From a virus (lineage: Duplodnaviria; Heunggongvirae; Uroviricota; Caudoviricetes), in the IMG/VR virus record IMGVR_UViG_2531839200_000010: a stretch of DNA of 4,786 nucleotides; one strand, 5' to 3'. Position numbers and translations under genes: made by a program. This document shows, piece after piece, positions 1-4,786 of the stretch (position 1 is the first letter of the stretch; each line of letters opens with the position of its first letter). Under the pieces are notes generated by a model. The model was given only the letters and a program-made list of their open reading frames with translations, was not told the origin of the DNA and ran no database searches.

Positions 1-167
1 CGCTCATGCTGGCGAACCCAGACACGCAGAGTCTCCGGCGTACAGCCAATCTTTGGGGCAATGGAACAAATTGCCGCCCACTGTGAGTCATATTCATCCT
101 GACTTTCCAGAACCATACGAATCGCCCGCTGACGGACTTCGGGGGAAAAACGAGTATTTTTAGTCAT
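1..167 (-). CDS. IS3-family transposase OrfA (helix-turn-helix DNA-binding subunit), N-terminal 55 codons; 3' end lies outside the window
   Basis: ATG at 167-165 (- strand) is preceded by GAGG (complement of 176-179) at Shine-Dalgarno spacing. Translation is [55 protein letters not shown] with no stops to the window edge. This matches my memory of IS3-family OrfA N-termini (IS629/IS1203 group). It is absent from the supplied ORF track because it is open-ended. Confidence 0.85.
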   Translation of the reverse strand, partial: MTKNTRFSPEVRQRAIRMVLESQDEYDSQWAAICSIAPKIGCTPETLRVWVRQHE

Positions 168-196
168 CCTGTTTACCTCTTTCTCAGGGAGTTTAG

Positions 197-221
197 TCTC
201 CAGGATTTCCGGGGCGGTTCA
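197..221 (-). repeat. Putative terminal inverted repeat (left end) of the IS element
   Basis: Position at the junction between the IS and phage sequence; terminal TGAACCGCCCC... on the - strand. The ~25 bp length is assumed from typical IS3-family IRs and was not measured against the other end, which is outside the window. Confidence 0.5.
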
Positions 222-396
222 GATTGAGCAGGAAGTGCTTACCACCTGGCCCGCGGAGGCAATTTCTCATGCTGAAAACGTGGTGTACCGGCTGTCCGGT
301 ATGTATGAGTTTGTGGTGAATGATGCCCCTGAACAGGCAGAGGACGCCGGGCCTGCAGAGCCTGTTTCTGCGGGAAAGTGTTCGACGGTGAGCTGA
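222..396 (+). pseudogene. G: Tail assembly chaperone G, 3' remnant (C-terminal ~57 codons) separated from its 5' part by the IS insertion
   Basis: Frame 1 from 223 reads IEQEVLTTWPAEAISHAENVVYRLSGMYEFVVNDAPEQAEDAGPAEPVSAGKCSTVS then stop TGA at 394-396, matching the C-terminus of lambda gpG as I recall it. No start codon or RBS is present because the ORF runs directly into the IS terminus at 221. Confidence 0.85.
372..378 (+). other. Programmed -1 ribosomal frameshift slippery heptamer G_GGA_AAG of the G/G-T recoding site
   Basis: GGGAAAG lies in the G frame as codons GCG-GGA-AAG, 16 nt upstream of the G stop. The -1 frame stays open from here to 812. This is the known lambda G-T frameshift site (established knowledge). 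Confidence 0.85.
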
Positions 397-812
397 GTTT
401 TGCCCTGAAACTGGCGCGCGAGATGGGGCGACCCGACTGGCGTGCCATGCTTGCCGGGATGTCATCCACGGAGTATGCCGACTGGCACCGCTTTTACAGT
501 ACCCATTATTTTCATGATGTTCTGCTGGATATGCACTTTTCCGGGCTGACGTACACCGTGCTCAGCCTGTTTTTCAGCGATCCGGATATGCATCCGCTGG
601 ATTTCAGTCTGCTGAACCGGCGTGAGGCTGACGAAGAGCCTGAAGATGATGTGCTGATGCAGAAAGCGGCAGGGCTTGCTGGAGGCGTTCGTTTTGGCCC
701 GGACGGGAATGAAGTTATCCCCGCTTCCCCGGATGTGGCGGACATGACGGAGGATGACGTAATGCTGATGACAGTATCAGAAGGGATCGCAGGAGGAGTC
801 CGGTATGGCTGA
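378..812 (+). CDS. T: T segment of the G-T tail assembly chaperone fusion, normally made only by -1 frameshifting out of G and not translated independently
   Basis: The -1 frame relative to G is open from the slip site to TGA at 810-812 (ORF track 378..812; its 'M' is a GTG with no usable RBS). The translation ...ELSFALKLAREMGRPDWRAMLAGMSSTEYADWHRFYSTHYFHDVLLDMHF...SEGIAGGVRYG matches the lambda T region from memory. Its stop overlaps the H start. Confidence 0.8.
   Translation: MFDGELSFALKLAREMGRPDWRAMLAGMSSTEYADWHRFYSTHYFHDVLLDMHFSGLTYTVLSLFFSDPDMHPLDFSLLNRREADEEPEDDVLMQKAAGLAGGVRFGPDGNEVIPASPDVADMTEDDVMLMTVSEGIAGGVRYG
791..797 (+). promoter_or_regulatory. Shine-Dalgarno sequence for H
   Basis: AGGAGGA at 791-797, 7 nt upstream of the H ATG at 805. 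Confidence 0.6.
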
Positions 813-3354
813 ACCGGTAGGCGATCTGGTCGTTGATTTAAGTCTGGATGCGGCCAGATTTGACGAGCAGATGGCCAGAGTCAGGCGTCATTTTTCCGGT
901 ACGGAAAGTGATGCGAAAAAAACAGCGGCAGTCGTTGAACAGTCGATGAGCCGGCAGGCGCTGGCTGCACAGAAAGCGGGAATTTCCGTCGGGCAGTATA
1001 AAGCCGCCATGCGTATGCTGCCTGCGCAGTTCACTGACGTGGCCACGCAGCTTGCAGGTGGGCAAAGTCCGTGGCTGATCCTGCTGCAACAGGGGGGGCA
1101 GGTGAAGGACTCCTTCGGCGGGATGATCCCCATGTTCCGGGGGCTTGCCGGTGCGATCACCCTGCCGATGGTGGGGGCCACCTCGCTGGCGGTGGCGACC
1201 GGTGCGCTGGCGTATGCCTGGTATCAGGGCAACTCAACCCTGTCCGATTTCAACAAAACGCTGGTCCTTTCCGGCAATCAGGCCGGGCTGACGGCAGATC
1301 GTATGCTGGTCCTGTCCAGAGCCGGGCAGGCGGCAGGGCTGACGTTTAACCAGACCAGCGAGTCACTCAGCGCACTGGTTAAGGCGGGGGTAAGCGGTGA
1401 GGCTCAGATTGCGTCCATCAGCCAGAGTGTGGCGCGTTTCTCCTCTGCATCAGGCGTGGAGGTGGACAAGGTCGCTGAAGCCTTCGGGAAGCTGACCACT
1501 GACCCGACGTCGGGGCTGACAGCGATGGCGCGCCAGTTCCATAACGTGACGGCGGAGCAGATTGCGTATGTTGCTCAGTTGCAGCGTTCCGGCGAAGAAG
1601 CCGGGGCATTGCAGGCGGCGAACGAGGCCGCGACGAAAGGGTTTGATGACCAGACCCGCCGCCTGAAAGAGAACATGGGCACGCTGGAAACCTGGGCAGA
1701 CAGGACAGCACGGGCATTCAAATCCATGTGGGATGCGGTGCTGGATATTGGTCGTCCTGATACCGCGCAGGAGATGCTGATTAAGGCAGAGGCCGCGTTT
1801 AAGAAAGCGGACGATATCTGGAATCTGCGCAAGGATGATTATTTTGTTAACGATGAAGCGCGGGCGCGTTACTGGGATGATCGTGAAAAGGCCCGTCTTG
1901 CGCTTGAAGCCGCCCGAAAGAAGGCTGAGCAGCAGAGTCAACAGGACAAAAATGCGCAGCAACAGAGCGATACCGAAGCGTCACGGCTGAAATATACCGA
2001 AGAGGCGCAGAAGGCTTACGAACGCCTGCAGACGCCGCTGGAGAAATATACCGCCCGTCAGGAAGAACTGAATAAGGCACTGAAAGACGGGAAAATCCTG
2101 CAGGCAGATTACAACACGCTGATGGCGGCGGCGAAAAAGGACTATGAAGCGACGCTGAAAAAGCCGAAACAGTCCGGCGTGAAGGTGTCTGCGGGCGATC
2201 GTCAGGAAGACAGTGCTCATGCTGCCCTGCTGACGCTTCAGGCAGAACTCCGGATGCTGGAGAAGCATGCCGGAGCGAATGAGAAAATCAGCCAGCAGCG
2301 CCGGGATTTGTGGAAGGCAGAAAGTCAGTTCGCGGTACTGGAGGAGGCGGCACAACGTCGCCAGCTGTCCGCACAGGAGAAATCCCTGCTGGCGCATAAA
2401 GACGAGACGCTGGAGTACAAACGCCAGCTGGCTGTACTTGGCGACAAGGTCACCTATCAGGAGCACCTGAACGCGCTGGCACAGCAGGCGGATAAATTCG
2501 CACAGCAACAACGGGCAAAACGGGCCGCCATTGATGCAAAAAACCGGGGGCTGACTGACTGGCAGGCAGCGCGGGAAGCCACGGAACAGCGCCTGAAGGA
2601 ACAGTATGGCGATAATCCTCTGGCGCTGAATAACGTCATGTCAGAGCAGAAAAAGACCTGGGCAGCTGAAGACCAGCTTCGCGGGAGCTGGATGGCAGGC
2701 CTCAGGTCAGGCTGGAGTGAGTGGGAAGAGAGCGCCACGGACAGTATGTCGCAGGTTAAAAGTGCTGCCACGCAGACCTTTGATGGTATTGCACAGAATA
2801 TGGCGGCGATGCTGACCGGCAGTGAACAGAACTGGCGCAGCTTCACCCGTTCCGTGCTGTCCATGATGACAGAAATTCTGCTTAAGCAGGCAATGGTGGG
2901 GATTGTCGGAAGTATAGGCAGCGCCATTGGCGGCGGCGCATCAGCGTCAGGCGGTACAGCCATTCAGGCAGCTGCGGCGAAATTCCATTTTGCGGCCGGA
3001 GGGTTTACGGGAACCGGCGGCAAATATGAGCCAGCGGGGATTGTTCACCGTGGTGAATTTGTCTTCACGAAGGAGGCAACCAGCCGGATTGGCGTAGGAA
3101 ATCTTTACCGGCTGATGCGCGGCTATGCCACCGGCGGTTATGTCGGTACACCGGGCAGCATGGCGGACAGCCGGTCGCAGGCGTCCGGGACGTTTGAGCA
3201 GAATAACCATGTGGTGATTAACAACGACGGCACGAACGGTCAGATAGGGCCACAGGCACTGAAGGCGGTTTATGACGTAGCCCGTAAGGCGGCAATGGAT
3301 GTTGTGACCGGGCAGATGCGCGATGGTGGTCTGTTCTCCGGAGGTGGACGATGA
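805..3354 (+). CDS. H: Tail tape measure protein H (tail length determinant), 849 aa
   Basis: Single long ORF with a strong RBS. It begins MAEPVGDLVVDLSLDAARFDEQMARVRRHF, has a hydrophobic segment at about aa 105-140 (GMIPMFRGLAGAITLPMVGATSLAVATGALAYAW), a long charged, Q/K/E/A-rich predicted helical middle, and a Gly-rich C-terminal region (GIVGSIGSAIGGGASASGG...). This matches lambda gpH (~853 aa) from memory. Gene order G-T-H-M-L-K is as in lambda. Confidence 0.95.
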   Translation: MAEPVGDLVVDLSLDAARFDEQMARVRRHFSGTESDAKKTAAVVEQSMSRQALAAQKAGISVGQYKAAMRMLPAQFTDVATQLAGGQSPWLILLQQGGQVKDSFGGMIPMFRGLAGAITLPMVGATSLAVATGALAYAWYQGNSTLSDFNKTLVLSGNQAGLTADRMLVLSRAGQAAGLTFNQTSESLSALVKAGVSGEAQIASISQSVARFSSASGVEVDKVAEAFGKLTTDPTSGLTAMARQFHNVTAEQIAYVAQLQRSGEEAGALQAANEAATKGFDDQTRRLKENMGTLETWADRTARAFKSMWDAVLDIGRPDTAQEMLIKAEAAFKKADDIWNLRKDDYFVNDEARARYWDDREKARLALEAARKKAEQQSQQDKNAQQQSDTEASRLKYTEEAQKAYERLQTPLEKYTARQEELNKALKDGKILQADYNTLMAAAKKDYEATLKKPKQSGVKVSAGDRQEDSAHAALLTLQAELRMLEKHAGANEKISQQRRDLWKAESQFAVLEEAAQRRQLSAQEKSLLAHKDETLEYKRQLAVLGDKVTYQEHLNALAQQADKFAQQQRAKRAAIDAKNRGLTDWQAAREATEQRLKEQYGDNPLALNNVMSEQKKTWAAEDQLRGSWMAGLRSGWSEWEESATDSMSQVKSAATQTFDGIAQNMAAMLTGSEQNWRSFTRSVLSMMTEILLKQAMVGIVGSIGSAIGGGASASGGTAIQAAAAKFHFAAGGFTGTGGKYEPAGIVHRGEFVFTKEATSRIGVGNLYRLMRGYATGGYVGTPGSMADSRSQASGTFEQNNHVVINNDGTNGQIGPQALKAVYDVARKAAMDVVTGQMRDGGLFSGGGR

Positions 3355-3680
3355 AAACCTTCCGCTGGAAAGTGAAACCCGGTATGGATGTGGCTTCGGC
3401 CCCTTCCGTAAGAAAGGTGCGCTTTGGTGATGGCTATTCCCAGCGAGCGCCTGCCGGGCTGAATGCCGACCTGAAAACGTACAGCGTGACGCTTTCTGTT
3501 CCCCGTTGGGAGGCCACGGCGCTTGAGTCGTTTCTGGCTGAGCACGGGGGCTGGAAGGCCTTTCTGTGGACGCCGCCTTATGAGTGGCGGCAGATAAAGG
3601 TGACCTGCGCAAAATGGTCGTCGCGGGTCAGTATGCTGCGTGTTGAGTTCAGCGCAGAGTTTGAACAGGTGGTGAACTGA
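3351..3680 (+). CDS. M: Tail tip assembly protein M, 109 aa
   Basis: ATG at 3351 overlaps the H stop (ATGA), with GGAGGTGG upstream. Translation MKTFRWKVKPGMDVASAPSVRKVRFGDGYSQRAPAGLNADLKTYSVTLSVPRWEA... matches lambda gpM in sequence and length from memory. Confidence 0.93.
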   Translation: MKTFRWKVKPGMDVASAPSVRKVRFGDGYSQRAPAGLNADLKTYSVTLSVPRWEATALESFLAEHGGWKAFLWTPPYEWRQIKVTCAKWSSRVSMLRVEFSAEFEQVVN

Positions 3681-4378
3681 TGCAGGATATCCGGCAGGAA
3701 ACACTGAATGAATGCACCCGTGCGGAGCAGTCGGCCAGCGTGGTGCTCTGGGAAATCGATCTGACAGAGGTCGGTGGAGAACGTTATTTTTTCTGTAATG
3801 AGCAGAACGAAAAAGGTGAGCCGGTCACCTGGCAGGGGCGACAGTATCAGCCGTATCCCATTCAGGGGAGTGGTTTTGAACTGAATGGCAAAGGCACCAG
3901 TACGCGCCCCACGCTGACGGTTTCTAACCTGTACGGTATGGTCACCGGGATGGCGGAAGATCTGCAGAGTCTGGTCGGCGGAACGGTGGTCCGGCGTAAG
4001 GTTTACGCCCGTTTTCTGGATGCGGTGAACTTCGTCAACGGAAACAGTGACGCCGATCCGGAGCAGGAGGTGATCAGCCGCTGGCGCATTGAGCAGTGCA
4101 GCGAACTGAGCGCGGTGAGTGCCTCTTTTGTACTGTCCACGCCGACGGAAACGGACGGCGCTGTTTTTCCGGGACGTATCATGCTGGCCAACACCTGCAC
4201 CTGGACCTATCGCGGCGATGAGTGCGGTTATCACGGTCCGGCGGTCGCGGATGAATATGACCAGCCAACGTCCGATATCACGAAGGATAAATGCAGCAAA
4301 TGCCTGAGCGGTTGTAAGTTCCGCAATAACGTCGGCAACTTTGGCGGCTTCCTTTCCATTAACAAACTTTCGCAGTAA
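3680..4378 (+). CDS. L: Tail tip assembly protein L, 232 aa, with C-terminal Cys cluster (Fe-S binding in lambda gpL)
   Basis: ATG at 3680 overlaps the M stop (TGATG). Translation MQDIRQETLNECTRAEQSASVVLWEIDLTEVGGERYFFCNEQNEKGEPVTWQGRQYQPYPIQGSGFELNGKG... matches lambda gpL from memory. Cysteines fall at aa 173, 182, 205, 208 and 212. Confidence 0.93.
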   Translation: MQDIRQETLNECTRAEQSASVVLWEIDLTEVGGERYFFCNEQNEKGEPVTWQGRQYQPYPIQGSGFELNGKGTSTRPTLTVSNLYGMVTGMAEDLQSLVGGTVVRRKVYARFLDAVNFVNGNSDADPEQEVISRWRIEQCSELSAVSASFVLSTPTETDGAVFPGRIMLANTCTWTYRGDECGYHGPAVADEYDQPTSDITKDKCSKCLSGCKFRNNVGNFGGFLSINKLSQ

Positions 4379-4383
4379 ATCCC

Positions 4384-4786
4384 ATGACACAGACAGAATC
4401 AGCGATTCTGGCGCACGCCCGGCGATGTGCGCCAGCGGAGTCGTGCGGCTTCGTGGTAAGCACGCCGGAGGGGGAAAGATATTTCCCCTGCGTGAATATC
4501 TCCGGTGAGCCGGAGGCGTATTTCCGTATGTCGCCGGAAGACTGGCTGCAGGCAGAAATGCAGGGTGAGATTGTGGCGCTGGTCCACAGCCACCCCGGTG
4601 GTCTGCCCTGGCTGAGTGAGGCCGACCGGCGGCTGCAGGTGCAGAGTGATTTGCCGTGGTGGCTGGTCTGCCGGGGGACGATTCATAAGTTCCGCTGTGT
4701 GCCGCATCTCACCGGGCGGCGCTTTGAGCACGGGGTGACGGACTGTTACACGCTGTTCCGGGATGCTTATCATCTGGCGGGGATTG
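4384..4786 (+). CDS. K: Tail tip assembly protein K, N-terminal 134 codons (JAB/MPN-type metalloprotease-like domain); continues beyond the window end
   Basis: ATG at 4384, 5 nt after the L stop. Translation MTQTESAILAHARRCAPAESCGFVVSTPEGERYFPCVNISGEPEAYFRMSPEDWLQAEMQGEIVALVHSHPGGLPWLSEADRRLQVQSDLPWWLVCRGT... matches lambda gpK from memory. It contains the JAMM-type motif HxH-x7-S-xx-D (HSHPGGLPWLSEAD, nt 4585-4626). No stop before the window end. Confidence 0.9.
   Translation, partial: MTQTESAILAHARRCAPAESCGFVVSTPEGERYFPCVNISGEPEAYFRMSPEDWLQAEMQGEIVALVHSHPGGLPWLSEADRRLQVQSDLPWWLVCRGTIHKFRCVPHLTGRRFEHGVTDCYTLFRDAYHLAGI

Larger units (their letters stand above)
1..221 (-). mobile_element. IS3-family insertion sequence (IS629/IS1203-like by recollection), terminal portion only; the element continues beyond the window start
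   Basis: The - strand carries a terminus beginning 5'-TGAACCGCCCCGGAAATCCTGGAGACTAAACTCCCTGAGAAAGAGGTAAACAGG-ATG (reverse complement of 168-221), with the TG...end typical of IS3-family inverted repeats, followed by an OrfA-like ORF. Identifiable phage G coding sequence begins immediately outside at 222. Boundary at 221 is approximate to within a few bases. Confidence 0.85.

Noticed and set aside
378-380. GTG at 378 as an independent start codon for T (as drawn in the ORF track)
   Set aside because: The only purine-rich stretch upstream (GGGA, 372-375) ends 2 nt before the GTG, too close to act as a Shine-Dalgarno sequence. In lambda, T is expressed only as the G-T frameshift fusion. The 'M' in the track is an artefact of allowing GTG starts.
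193-469. Two - strand ORFs (193-465, 239-469) across the IS/G junction
   Set aside because: They run antisense through the G remnant and into the IS inverted repeat. The junction is an insertion scar, not a gene start, and the translations are R/P/S-rich with no recognisable features.
838-1349. Short ORFs on both strands (838-1089 -, 888-1181 -, 1071-1349 +) overlapping the H 5' region
   Set aside because: These are alternative frames of H. The + strand one is Gly/Arg/Ala-rich from reading the GC-rich H sequence out of frame. None has an RBS or recognisable homology.
1450-3612. Series of - strand ORFs inside H (1450-1962, 1981-2511, 2457-2963, 2947-3612; 168-221 aa each)
   Set aside because: All lie antisense within the tape measure gene and give low-complexity R/L/C/S/P-rich translations typical of antisense frames. 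They overlap one another in different frames, which is inconsistent with real genes.
3578-4390. 270-aa ORF on the - strand spanning all of L and overlapping the M end and K start
   Set aside because: It is entirely antisense to well-supported L coding sequence. Its translation is rich in R, L, A and T with no recognisable motif, and no RBS is evident. Long stop-free antisense frames are expected in GC-rich coding DNA. A de novo overlapping gene cannot be excluded from sequence alone, but nothing supports it.
4399-4773. 124-aa - strand ORF inside K
   Set aside because: Antisense to the well-supported K coding frame; same reasoning as the other antisense ORFs.
1-4786. Possibility that the window encodes a novel defence or accessory system
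   Set aside because: Every stretch of the window is accounted for by an IS end plus contiguous lambda-type tail genes with tight overlaps. No unassigned intergenic region, repeat array or orphan ORF with independent signals is present.

Overview
This window is the tail-assembly module of a lambda-like (lambdoid) siphovirus prophage of the Enterobacteriaceae, read in the late-gene direction on the + strand, with an insertion sequence at its left edge. From left to right: (i) 1-221, the terminal part of an IS3-family insertion sequence on the - strand (N-terminus of transposase OrfA plus the terminal inverted repeat); (ii) 222-396, the 3' remnant of tail assembly chaperone gene G, cut off from its 5' part by the IS; (iii) the conserved G-T -1 frameshift heptamer GGGAAAG (372-378) and the T-frame ORF (378-812); (iv) tape measure gene H (805-3354, 849 aa); (v) tail tip genes M (3351-3680) and L (3680-4378); (vi) the 5' part of K (4384 to the window end). 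Protein identities rest on my recollection of phage lambda gpG, gpH, gpM, gpL and gpK, which these translations match nearly residue for residue; no database search was run. I do not see a novel or undescribed system here. The most notable feature is the IS insertion inside G, which should abolish production of both G and the G-T fusion and so suggests a tail-defective (cryptic) prophage. The many - strand ORFs inside H, L and K look like antisense artefacts of GC-rich coding sequence.
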